DNA of 32,000 nt from Pseudomonas aeruginosa (GTDB lineage: Bacteria; Pseudomonadota; Gammaproteobacteria; Pseudomonadales; Pseudomonadaceae). The notes under the pieces were generated by a model. It searched no databases. It saw only the letters and a list, made by a program, of their open reading frames with translations, and was not told the origin of the DNA. Positions 17,204 to 25,679 of the stretch are shown piece after piece. Numbering within the stretch: position 1 is the stretch's first letter; every line of letters starts with the position of its first letter. The position numbers and the translations under genes are program-made. The DNA is taken from NCBI RefSeq assembly GCF_001457615.1, contig NZ_LN831024.1, positions 3,870,001-3,902,000 on the forward strand, given 5' to 3'.

Positions 17204-18859
17204 GTGAATCGACTCGCCGCCTCTCCGCTCCTGTTCGCCGGCCTGTTCGCCAGCGCTCCGTTGCTGGCCGCGCCACAAGCGGTCGACAGCCGCATCAGCG
17301 CGGTCACCGTCTACGCCGACCGTGCCGTGGTCACCCGCACCGCCCGCCTGCAATTGCCCAAGGGCCAGCATGAGATCGCCCTGGAGCAACTGCCCTTCCA
17401 GCTCGACGACACCAGCCTGCGCGCGTCCCTCGGCGCCAGCGCCGCCGCCACCCTGCTCGACGTCAGCAGCGCCGCGCAACGGGTCGAGCGCCCGGACGAC
17501 AACCGTGTGCAGCAGCTCGACCAGCAACTGCGCGAGATAGACCGGCAACTGCGGGAAATCCATGACCGCGGCAGCGTGCTCGAAGCGCAGAAGAAGTTCC
17601 TCGCCGACATCCAGAGCGGCAGCACCCAGCCCGGCAAGGATCGCCCCATGCCCGGCATCGACGAGCTGAAGAGCCTGCTGCAACTGACCGAAGGCAACCT
17701 CGAACGCCTGCTCGCCGAGCAGCGCCAGCTGGACGACCGCGCCGCCGAACTGGAACAGCGCAAGCAGCAGTTGCAGGAGCAGCGCGGCACCCTCAACGGC
17801 GACGGCAAGCGCTTCAAGCGCGCGGTCCTGCGGGTCGCCCTGGAGCAACCGGCACAGGTCGAGGTGAAGCTCGACTACACCCTGCGCGACGCCTCCTGGC
17901 AGCCGACCTACGACGCGCGCCTGCGCGACGGCGCGAAGACCATCGAACTGACCTACCAGGGCCTGGTCCGGCAGAGCAGCGGCGAAGACTGGACCGACAT
18001 CGACCTGACCCTCTCCACCGCCCGTCCGGCCCTGGGCGGCAACGTACCGCGGCTGAATCCCTGGATCGTCGACATCGACGCGCCCAACGCCTACTACGGT
18101 GCCGAGATGGCCATGCAGGACGTTCCGGCGCCCATGCCGCAAGCCGCTCCCATCGCCAGGACCTCGGCGAAGATGGCCATGCCGGCCCCGGCGCCGAAGC
18201 TGGCCGAGGCGCCGCTCGCCACCGCGGAGGTCAGCAGCGGCGCCGCCAGCGCCTCTTTCCACATCCCCGTGCCGGCGACCCTGAACAGCGACGGCAGCGC
18301 GCAGAAGGTCACCATCGCCCGCCTGGAAATGCCGGCCAAGCTGCGCTATCTGGCGGCCCCGGCCCTGCGCGAAACCGCCTACCTGGAGGCGGAGACCCGC
18401 AACGACAGCGACTACCCGCTGCTCCCCGGCACCCTGAATACCTTTCTCGGCAACAGCTTCGTCGCCAGCGGCCATCTGCGCGGGGTGATGCCCGGCGAGA
18501 GCTTCGAACTGGCACTGGGCGCCGACGAGGGCATCGGCATCGAACGCAAGCTGGTCAAGCGCTATACCGACAGCAGCGGCCTGATCGGCAACCGCACGCG
18601 GGTCAACTACGAATTCCGCATCGACGTGCGCAACAACCACAAGAACGCCGAACGCGTGCAGTTCGAGGACCAGTTGCCGGTCTCGCGCAACGAGCAGATC
18701 CAGGTCACCTTGCTGGAACCCAAGGCGCAGGAAGTCAAGCGCGAGGACGACGGCAAGCTGAAGTGGGACTGGACCCTGCAACCCGGCGAGAAACGCAGCG
18801 CCACCCTGAAGTTCAGCGTGGAGTATCCCAAGGACCTGGCGGTCAGCGGCCTCGACTAG
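17204..18859 (+). CDS. muiA: Secreted DUF4139-family protein (mucoidy inhibitor MuiA-like), 551 aa
   Basis: GTG start with AAGGAAGAG upstream. Signal peptide MNRLAASPLLFAGLFASAPLLAAPQA. Gln/Leu/Arg-rich coiled-coil segment (QQLDQQLREIDRQLREI). The symbol is assigned by synteny with PAO1 PA1494. Confidence 0.7.
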   Translation: MNRLAASPLLFAGLFASAPLLAAPQAVDSRISAVTVYADRAVVTRTARLQLPKGQHEIALEQLPFQLDDTSLRASLGASAAATLLDVSSAAQRVERPDDNRVQQLDQQLREIDRQLREIHDRGSVLEAQKKFLADIQSGSTQPGKDRPMPGIDELKSLLQLTEGNLERLLAEQRQLDDRAAELEQRKQQLQEQRGTLNGDGKRFKRAVLRVALEQPAQVEVKLDYTLRDASWQPTYDARLRDGAKTIELTYQGLVRQSSGEDWTDIDLTLSTARPALGGNVPRLNPWIVDIDAPNAYYGAEMAMQDVPAPMPQAAPIARTSAKMAMPAPAPKLAEAPLATAEVSSGAASASFHIPVPATLNSDGSAQKVTIARLEMPAKLRYLAAPALRETAYLEAETRNDSDYPLLPGTLNTFLGNSFVASGHLRGVMPGESFELALGADEGIGIERKLVKRYTDSSGLIGNRTRVNYEFRIDVRNNHKNAERVQFEDQLPVSRNEQIQVTLLEPKAQEVKREDDGKLKWDWTLQPGEKRSATLKFSVEYPKDLAVSGLD

Positions 18860-18924
18860 CGCTGGCCAAAGCGCCGGCCGCGGCATAGGCTCGAGCGGGT
18901 AATAAGCAAAGCAGTTTTTGATAT

Positions 18925-18953
18925 TTACCCTGCATATAACCCGACGTTATAGT
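18925..18953 (+). promoter_or_regulatory. Promoter candidate for cysP
   Basis: TTACCC (18925-18930), 17-nt spacer, TATAGT (18948-18953), in an AT-rich patch. A weak -35 fits an activator-dependent (CysB-type) promoter; that last point is inference. Confidence 0.3.
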
Positions 18954-18987
18954 CGAGCCACTACAACATGCTCAAAGGAACTGCCCT

Positions 18988-19985
18988 GTGAAACGACTGT
19001 TCAGCGCCTCCCTGCTGGCCGCCGGCCTGGCGCTCGGCGGCGCCGCTCACGCCGCCCAGCCCCTGCTCAACGTCTCCTACGACGTGATGCGCGACTTCTA
19101 CAAGGAATACAACCCGGCCTTCCAGAAATACTGGAAAGCGGAGAAAGGCGAGAACATCACCATCCAGATGTCCCATGGCGGTTCCAGCAAGCAGGCGCGC
19201 TCGGTGATCGACGGTCTGCCCGCCGACGTCATCACCATGAACCAGGCCACCGACATCGACGCCCTCGCCGACAACGGCGGCCTGGTGCCGAAGGACTGGG
19301 CGACCCGCCTGCCGAACAACAGCGCGCCGTTCACCTCGGCCACCGTGTTCATCGTTCGCAAGGGCAACCCCAAGGCCCTGAAGGACTGGCCGGACCTGCT
19401 CAAGGACGGCGTCCAGGTAGTGGTGCCGAACCCCAAGACCTCCGGCAATGGCCGCTACACCTATCTCTCCGCCTGGGGCTACGTGCTGAAGAACGGCGGT
19501 GACGAGAACAAGGCCAAGGAATTCGTCGGCAAGCTGTTCAAGCAGGTACCGGTGCTCGACACCGGCGGCCGCGCCGCCACCACTACCTTCATGCAGAACC
19601 AGATCGGCGACGTACTGGTGACCTTCGAGAACGAAGCCGAGATGATCGCCCGCGAATTCGGCCGAGGCGGCTTCGAGGTGGTCTACCCGAGCGTGTCCGC
19701 CGAGGCCGAGCCCCCGTGGCGGTGGTCGACAAGGTGGTCGAGAAGAAAGGCAGCCGCGCCCAGGCCGAGGCCTACCTGAAGTACCTGTGGTCGGACGAGG
19801 GCCAGACCATCGCCGCCAACAACTACCTGCGCCCGCGCAACCCGGAGATCCTCGCCAAGTTCGCCGACCGCTTCCCGAAAGTCGACTTCTTCTCGGTGGA
19901 GAAGACCTTCGGCGACTGGCGCAGCGTGCAGAAGACCCACTTCATCGACGGCGGCGTATTCGACCAGATCTACAGCCCCAACTGA
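18988..19985 (+). pseudogene. cysP: Periplasmic sulfate/thiosulfate-binding protein gene interrupted by a 1-nt deletion
   Basis: ORF 18988-19779 reads a normal Sbp/CysP sequence up to ...YPSVSAEAEPP and then turns into Arg/Trp-rich nonsense. ORF 19716-19985, in another frame, continues VAVVDKVVEKKGSRAQAEAYLKYLW... to the normal C-terminus. The junction is CCCCCGTGG at 19711-19719, where CCCCCGGTGG would restore EPPVAVVDK. Confidence 0.85.
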
Positions 19986-20002
19986 TCCCTCGCCGCTTGA
20001 CG

Positions 20003-20036
20003 AAAAAGCCGGAAGCGCTCGCGCTTCCGGCTTTTT
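20003..20036. terminator. Bidirectional Rho-independent terminator between cysP and the DUF1937 gene
   Basis: AAAAAGCCGGAAGCGC-TC-GCGCTTCCGGCTTTTT: a perfect GC-rich stem flanked by an A-run and a T-run. Confidence 0.8.
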
Positions 20037-20066
20037 CATTCGGCTTGCAGTTCAGCCACTGCCGCC

Positions 20067-20423
20067 TCAGCGAAACTCGTGCTCCACCTCGGACCAGAGG
20101 CTGACCCGCTGTCCGCCGGCCTCGAAGAACTCCATCTCGCGGCGGATGCCGGCGCTGTCTCGCCAGCCCGGCAGGTCGAGGACGATCAGCTCTTCCAGGT
20201 GATCCATGTAGAAGGCGTCCACCGGCGCCCACAACCTGCCGATCGCCGCGCGGTCGAGCTCGGCCAGGCACAGGTTGATCGGGTGGGACATGGAGACCTG
20301 GCTGAATACCACGTGGCCGCCGCGGACGATGGTCGCCGCGACCTCGTTGCAGGCACGGAAGCGCTGCTCGACCACCTCGGCGTCGGCATGGCTGTAGGGA
20401 CAGGCTAGGAATATCTTGCGCAT
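20067..20423 (-). CDS. DUF1937-like small protein (nucleoside 2-deoxyribosyltransferase-like fold family), 118 aa
   Basis: MRKIFLACPYSHADAEVVEQRF...ELIVLDLPGWRDSAGIRREMEFFEAGGQRV resembles DUF1937 proteins. GAGG lies upstream of ATG 20423. The 157-aa extension is rejected. Confidence 0.55.
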   Translation of the reverse strand: MRKIFLACPYSHADAEVVEQRFRACNEVAATIVRGGHVVFSQVSMSHPINLCLAELDRAAIGRLWAPVDAFYMDHLEELIVLDLPGWRDSAGIRREMEFFEAGGQRVSLWSEVEHEFR

Positions 20424-20481
20424 GGTTACCTCGTTGCGGAAAGCGACGCCGCGATGGCTCGCGGCGCTCGTCGGGGATGTT

Positions 20482-21717
20482 TCAGGCTGCGTGCAGGGCG
20501 CTTTTTTCCGCCTCGTCATGCTCCTGCTCCTGCCGCGCATAGCGCTCGGCGGCAGGCACCGAGATGCGGATGGCGATGAATACCGCCAGCAGGCCGCCGA
20601 ACAATTTGCCGAGCAGGATCGGCAGGATCAGCGTCGGCTGGAAGTTGGCGGTGAATGCCAGGTGATCGCCGATGGTGGCCTGGGCGCAGACGCCCAGGGC
20701 CACGCAAAGCACCTTGTCGCGAGCATTCATGTATTTGAACAGGTGGTAGGTGGCGATGATGTTCGCCAGTACCATGACAAAGGCGGTGGCGCCCGGCTGG
20801 GACAGCCCCAGGTAACGGCCGAGGACCGCCATCGGGCGCTTGCAGTAGCGCTGGAACAGGTAGCAGATGGGGAAGGTCCCGGCCAGCATGATGCCGATGT
20901 AGCCAGCGATCTCGATGGCGCGGAACAACTCTTTCTCGTCGGCGAACATCGGGTCGAAGCCCCAGCCGCCGAAGACCTTGGTGAAGACTCCGGTGAAGTG
21001 CTGGACGATGGAAAGCGCCAGGGCCATCTTGATGAACGCGTCCATCACCTTGCCGAATACCAGGAACCCGGTGACCATCGCCGTCGCCCGGTACTTCAGG
21101 CCGGCGGCCAGCAGGAAGCAGAAGACGAACAGCGGCGCCAGCAGCCGAAGCATGTCGAGGAAGTCCAGCGACAGGTAGTGCAGGGCCGGCGAACCGGTCG
21201 ATACCAGTTCGCGCACCGGGATGTGGTTGAGGGTAATCAGCAGCAACGCCGCCAGCACCGCGAACGGAATGCTGATCAACCCGGCCATCGCCCCCAGCGC
21301 CAGGTACTTGTGGTCCTTGCGCTCGAGCATGGTCAGGCCGACCGGGATCAGGTAGACGATGGTCGCGCCGGAGGTGTAGCCCACCAGCATGGCAGTAATC
21401 CACATGTCGCGGTTGGCGGTCAGGGCATCGGCCAACTGGTAGCCGCCCATGTCCACCGCGATGATCGACAGCGCGGCGATGGATACGTCGGAACCGAGGG
21501 TCTGGAAGAACGGGCCGAGGGCATGGGAAATCGCCTTCGACAGATAGGGAATGGCTACCATGATGCCGGCCTGGGCGAGGAACACCGGACCGATGGCGTG
21601 GATGCCGTTGACGAACTCGCGGCCCAGACCGCTTTCCGGGCGCAGGATGGAAGCCAGCGCGCCAAGTACCGCACCCAGCATGATCAGGTAAATCACATAG
21701 TTTCCGAACTCGGCCAT
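20482..21717 (-). CDS. EutH-family (ethanolamine-utilisation permease-like) membrane protein, 411 aa
   Basis: Polytopic protein starting MAEFGNYVIYLIMLGAVLGA... with the GYQLA / GYTSGATIV style segments I associate with EutH. The ATG at 21717 is preceded by GGGGAGA. Confidence 0.8.
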   Translation of the reverse strand: MAEFGNYVIYLIMLGAVLGALASILRPESGLGREFVNGIHAIGPVFLAQAGIMVAIPYLSKAISHALGPFFQTLGSDVSIAALSIIAVDMGGYQLADALTANRDMWITAMLVGYTSGATIVYLIPVGLTMLERKDHKYLALGAMAGLISIPFAVLAALLLITLNHIPVRELVSTGSPALHYLSLDFLDMLRLLAPLFVFCFLLAAGLKYRATAMVTGFLVFGKVMDAFIKMALALSIVQHFTGVFTKVFGGWGFDPMFADEKELFRAIEIAGYIGIMLAGTFPICYLFQRYCKRPMAVLGRYLGLSQPGATAFVMVLANIIATYHLFKYMNARDKVLCVALGVCAQATIGDHLAFTANFQPTLILPILLGKLFGGLLAVFIAIRISVPAAERYARQEQEHDEAEKSALHAA

Positions 21718-22063
21718 CTGCGTCGTTCTCCCCTCGGCAGGCTCCCGTAGCGGGATGCGTTCTTCTGGTTGTCTGGTCGGGAGGCCGGCCACGCCGGTCG
21801 CTCCGCCGAAGCGAACACTCGCATTTCGCGTGCCACAATTTGGTTTTCGTGTTGATTTGAAGGTTCGTTTTACCTAAATTGGTCACCCATACGGTCAAGT
21901 AGGCGGCCAATCCAAGAGCGTACCTGCCTTACGGACCTGTGGGATTTTCCGCCGGGCCTGCGCAAAGCCTCGCCCCGCCCCCTTCCGCCCAGCGCCGCCA
22001 GGCGCTACCGGGCGATTCACGGTAACAATCGCCGCACCAGGATGCGGCCCATGGGAGAACACG

Positions 22064-22840
22064 ATGCGCCCCGAGGAACGCCGCCGCCACATTCTCGAAT
22101 TGCTGCGCCAGCGCGAGCGGATCTCGGTGGACGAACTGGCGCGGACCCTTTCCACCTCTCAGGAAACCATTCGCCGCGACCTCGCCGCGCTGGCCGAACA
22201 AGGCCTGGTCAGCAAATTCCACGGAGGGGCCGCCCTGCCGCCCAGCGGCGAGCACGAGAACGCCTTCCAGACGCGAATGAACGAGCACGCCCAGGAAAAA
22301 CGCGCAGTCGCCCGCTACGCCGCCGGCCTGTTCGGGCCCGGTGACAGCATCTTCATCGACACCGGCACCACCACCCTGCTGTTCGCCCGCGAACTGGCGC
22401 GCCAGAGCCATCTGACGGTGATCACCAACTCGCTGTTGATCGCCGGCAGCGTCGGCGCCTCCGGCAACCGTGCATTCATGATCGGCGGCGAGTACCGCCC
22501 GGAATCCGAACAGAACGTCGGCGCCCTGGCCATCGAGCAGATCGCCCGGTTCAACGCCGAGCATGCGGTGATCACCGTCGGCGCGCTGAACGGCGATGGC
22601 GCCATGGATTTTTCCATCGAGGAAGCCGAGATCGCCCGTGCCATGATCGCCCAGGCCCGCCAACTGACGGTTATCGCCGACTCCTCGAAGCTCGGCCGGC
22701 GCGCCCTGTTCCAGGTCTTCCCGCTGAGCCGGATCAACCGCCTGGTGGTCGACCGCAAGCCTACCGGGGAACTCTGGGAAGCCCTGCAACAGGCGCGGGT
22801 GGAAGTCCACGAAGCCCCCCTGCGCACCCCGCAGGCCTGA
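22064..22840 (+). CDS. DeoR/GlpR-family transcriptional regulator, 258 aa
   Basis: RRRHILELLRQRERISVDELARTLSTSQETIRRDLAALAEQGLVSKFHGGA is a DeoR HTH. A C-terminal sugar-phosphate-binding-type domain follows. GGGAGA lies 5 nt upstream of the ATG. Confidence 0.9.
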   Translation: MRPEERRRHILELLRQRERISVDELARTLSTSQETIRRDLAALAEQGLVSKFHGGAALPPSGEHENAFQTRMNEHAQEKRAVARYAAGLFGPGDSIFIDTGTTTLLFARELARQSHLTVITNSLLIAGSVGASGNRAFMIGGEYRPESEQNVGALAIEQIARFNAEHAVITVGALNGDGAMDFSIEEAEIARAMIAQARQLTVIADSSKLGRRALFQVFPLSRINRLVVDRKPTGELWEALQQARVEVHEAPLRTPQA

Positions 22841-22853
22841 CTCCCCTCGCGCG

Positions 22854-22878
22854 CAGCCCCGGAGACAGGCCGGGGCTG
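22854..22878 (+). terminator. GC-rich hairpin after the DeoR gene (no U-tract)
   Basis: CAGCCCCGG (22854-22862) pairs with CCGGGGCTG (22870-22878), 9 bp perfect. The lack of a T-run makes terminator function uncertain. Confidence 0.35.
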
Positions 22879-22946
22879 TGCCGGTGGCTGCCCGTCGATT
22901 AATCGATTGACTGTTTCTCTTTCAGTTGCCACATTAAAACAACAAA

Positions 22947-22970
22947 TTTCACATAGAATTCTGTGTGAAA
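22947..22970. promoter_or_regulatory. 24-bp near-perfect palindrome, operator candidate for the oxidoreductase-kinase operon
   Basis: TTTCACATAGAATTCTGTGTGAAA: 11 of 12 symmetric pairs match. It encloses a TAGAAT -10-like hexamer (22954-22959). It lies 55 bp upstream of ATG 23025. Confidence 0.45.
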
Positions 22971-23024
22971 AATCAGTGTTACGGTCAAAAAGCAAACTGA
23001 TACCAAAAGAAACAGGCAGAAACG

Positions 23025-24434
23025 ATGACTGAGCCGCTTGCGACAAAGACCGCGATCTTCGACGTTGCAGTGATCGGCGCTGGCGTGGTGGGTTGCGCCA
23101 TGGCCCGCCGCTTCGCCCTGGAAGGTGCGCGGGTGGTCCTGCTGGAAAAAAGCACCGACATCCTCTCCGGTGCCAGCAAGGGCAACAGCGCGATCCTCCA
23201 TACCGGTTTCGACGCGCCGCCCGGCAGCATCGAACTGGCCTGCATGCAGGAGGGCTATCGCGAATACCGCGACATCCATGCGCGCCTCAACCTGCCGCTG
23301 CTGGAAACCGGCGCCCTGGTGGCGGCATGGAGCGACGAGGATCTGGCGCGCCTGCCGGCTATCGTCGAGCAGGCCCACGGAAACGGTGTCGATGACGTCC
23401 GCCAGGTCGGTCGCGACGAGGTCCTGGCGCTGGAGCCGCAGTTGGCCGGCAACGTGCTCGGCGCGGTGCGGGTCCCCGGGGAACATCTGGTCGACCCTTG
23501 GTCCGCGCCGCTCGCCTATCTGCAACAGGCGCTGGCCCATGGCGCCGAGGCCTGTTTCGACGTCGAAGTGCTGGACGGCGCCTTCGACGGCGGCGAATGG
23601 CTGTTGCATACCCGCCGCGGCGATCTGCGCGCGCGCCAGGTAATCAACTGCGCCGGACTCTTCGGTGACCAACTGGAACAGCGCCTGCTCGGCGCGGCGA
23701 GCTTCGCCATCCATCCGCGCAAGGGCCAGTTCGTGGTCTTCGACAAGGCCGCCGCGGCGCTGCTGCGGCACATCCTGCTACCGGTACCCAACGAGCGGAC
23801 CAAGGGGGTGGTATTCACCCGTACTGTCTTCGGCAACCTGCTCGCCGGCCCCACCGCCGAGGAACAGGACGACCGCGAACAGGCACGGGTCGACAGCGAC
23901 ACCCTGCAGCGACTGATCGACGCCGCCGTCGAGCGGATCCCCGGCCTGCGCGGCATGCCGGTCACCGCCACCTACGCAGGATTGCGACCGGCCAGCGAAA
24001 AGAAGGAATACCGCATCCGCCAGGTCGACGGACGCAACTGGATCAGTGTCGGCGGCATCCGTTCCACCGGTCTCACCGCGGCGCTGGGCATCGCACGCCA
24101 CGTCTATCGTCTCTACCAGGGCGAGCGCTTCCACGAAGCGGTTCGCGAGCCGCTCTGGCCACAGGTACCGAACCTCGCCGAACACCTGCCGCGCGACTGG
24201 CAGCGTCCCGGCTACGACGAGATCGTCTGCCACTGCGAGATGGTCACCCGCCGGGAAATCCTCGCCGCCCTGGAAGGGCCGCTGCCAGCCGGCGACTTCG
24301 GCGGCCTGAAGCGTCGCACCCGCGCCTGCATGGGACGCTGCCAGGGTTTCTACTGCAACGCGCGGGTCGCCGAGCTGAGCGCCGGCCGCCTCGCCCAGCC
24401 CCTCGCCACCGGGAGTTGCCATGAGCATCACTGA
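23025..24434 (+). CDS. FAD-dependent dehydrogenase (DAO family) fused to a BFD-like [2Fe-2S] domain; GlpA/G3P-dehydrogenase-like, 469 aa
   Basis: N-terminal FDVAVIGAGVVGCAMA dinucleotide fold. C-terminal Cys pattern CHCEMVTRREILAAL...RRTRACMGRCQGFYC. Clustered with a GlpK-like kinase. Confidence 0.8.
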   Translation: MTEPLATKTAIFDVAVIGAGVVGCAMARRFALEGARVVLLEKSTDILSGASKGNSAILHTGFDAPPGSIELACMQEGYREYRDIHARLNLPLLETGALVAAWSDEDLARLPAIVEQAHGNGVDDVRQVGRDEVLALEPQLAGNVLGAVRVPGEHLVDPWSAPLAYLQQALAHGAEACFDVEVLDGAFDGGEWLLHTRRGDLRARQVINCAGLFGDQLEQRLLGAASFAIHPRKGQFVVFDKAAAALLRHILLPVPNERTKGVVFTRTVFGNLLAGPTAEEQDDREQARVDSDTLQRLIDAAVERIPGLRGMPVTATYAGLRPASEKKEYRIRQVDGRNWISVGGIRSTGLTAALGIARHVYRLYQGERFHEAVREPLWPQVPNLAEHLPRDWQRPGYDEIVCHCEMVTRREILAALEGPLPAGDFGGLKRRTRACMGRCQGFYCNARVAELSAGRLAQPLATGSCHEHH

Positions 24435-25659
24435 ACAGGTCGACGTCGCCATCGTCGGCAGCGGTCCCGCCGGATTGGCAGCCGCCATCGAACTACGCCG
24501 CCAGGGCGTCGCCCGGGTCTGCGTGCTGGAGCGCGACGGCGAGGCCGGCGGTATACCCCGGCATTGCGCGCATCCGCCGTTCGGCCTGCGCGAACACGGC
24601 CGCCTGTTGACCGGCCCGGCCTATGCACAGCGTAACGTCGAACAGGCCGAACGGGCCGGGGTGGATATCCGCCTGCGCCATAGCGTGGTTGCTCTCGCCG
24701 CCGCCGGCCTGCTGCAACTGGCCACCCCCGAAGGCCCGCGCAGTCTGCGCGCGACACGCGTGCTGCTGGCCACCGGCGCACGCGAGACGCCGCGCTCGGC
24801 GCGCCTGCTGGGCGGCGACCGGCCGCTGGGCGTGATCAATACCGGCGCGCTGCAAGCCTACCTCCATCTGCAAGGCCTGAAGCCGTTCGAACGGCCGCTG
24901 ATCGTCGGCACCGAGCTGGTCAGCCTGTCCGCCGTGATGAGCTGCCGGCGTGCCGGCATCCGCCCGGTGGCCATGCTCGAACGCAACGCACGGGCCACCG
25001 CGCGTTGGCCGCTATCGCTGTTTCCCAGGCTGTGCGGAGTGCCGATGCACTTCTCCAGCGAGCTGCTGGAGATCGAAGGCCGCGGCCGGGTCGAGGCGGC
25101 GCGGGTACGCCTGGGCGACGGGCGCGTCGAACGGATCGCCTGCGACGGCATCCTCCTCAGCGGACGCTTCGTTCCCGAATCGAGCCTGGTCCGCCTCAGC
25201 CACCTGGAACTGGACCCGGCCAGCGGCGGCCCGCGCATCGATCAGTTCGGCCGCTGCTCCGACCCCGCCTATTTCGCCGCCGGCAACCTGCTCCGGCCGA
25301 TCGAGACCGCCGGCTGGTCGTTCCGCGAGGGACGAAGGATCGCCGGCCTGCTGGCCGCCGACCTGCGGGCCGAACTGCCGAGTGCCGCACCTGGCATAGC
25401 CATCGATTGCAGTGGTCCGCTCAAGCTGTGCGTGCCGCAGCGGCTGCTGGCCGACCCGACACCCGGCCTGGCGCATCTGCAGCTACGCGTAAGCGAGGCC
25501 GCCAGCGGCCGCCTGCGGATCCTGGCCGATGGTCGCCCGGTGTGGGAGCGTGCCCTGTCCTGCCTGCCGGAGCGCCGCCTGCTGGTGCCGCTGGCCGCCC
25601 TGCGCCTGCCGCCGGACACCCGGCGCCTGGAAGTCGCCTTCCTCACCTCCGGCCACTGA
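24421..25659 (+). CDS. FAD/NAD(P)-binding pyridine-nucleotide-disulfide-oxidoreductase-family protein, 412 aa
   Basis: VDVAIVGSGPAGLAAAIELRRQG, a second nucleotide-binding region LIVGTELVSLSA, and a late AAGNLL motif. It overlaps the upstream gene by 14 nt. GGGAG lies upstream of the start. Confidence 0.8.
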   Translation: MSITEQVDVAIVGSGPAGLAAAIELRRQGVARVCVLERDGEAGGIPRHCAHPPFGLREHGRLLTGPAYAQRNVEQAERAGVDIRLRHSVVALAAAGLLQLATPEGPRSLRATRVLLATGARETPRSARLLGGDRPLGVINTGALQAYLHLQGLKPFERPLIVGTELVSLSAVMSCRRAGIRPVAMLERNARATARWPLSLFPRLCGVPMHFSSELLEIEGRGRVEAARVRLGDGRVERIACDGILLSGRFVPESSLVRLSHLELDPASGGPRIDQFGRCSDPAYFAAGNLLRPIETAGWSFREGRRIAGLLAADLRAELPSAAPGIAIDCSGPLKLCVPQRLLADPTPGLAHLQLRVSEAASGRLRILADGRPVWERALSCLPERRLLVPLAALRLPPDTRRLEVAFLTSGH

Positions 25660-25679
25660 ACCCGCGAAGAGAACCGACC

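Noticed and set aside
21840-21875. GlpR-type operator (TGTTCG half-sites) in TTTTCGTGTTGATTTGAAGGTTCGTTTTA.
   Set aside because: It shows only loose resemblance (GGTTCGTT versus TGTTCGTT) and no convincing dyad or partner half-site. The evidence is too weak to call.
22947-22970. CRP/Vfr binding site interpretation of the 24-bp palindrome.
   Set aside because: A CRP-type site is TGTGA-N6-TCACA. Here the arms are in the opposite order (TCACA-N10-TGTGA), so it does not fit.
25005-25679. N-terminal extension of the glycerol-kinase-like gene (696-aa ORF).
   Set aside because: It overlaps the preceding oxidoreductase gene in another frame and has Arg/Pro-rich nonsense composition. GlpK-like homology begins exactly at MRIAALDQGTTS (ATG 25680).
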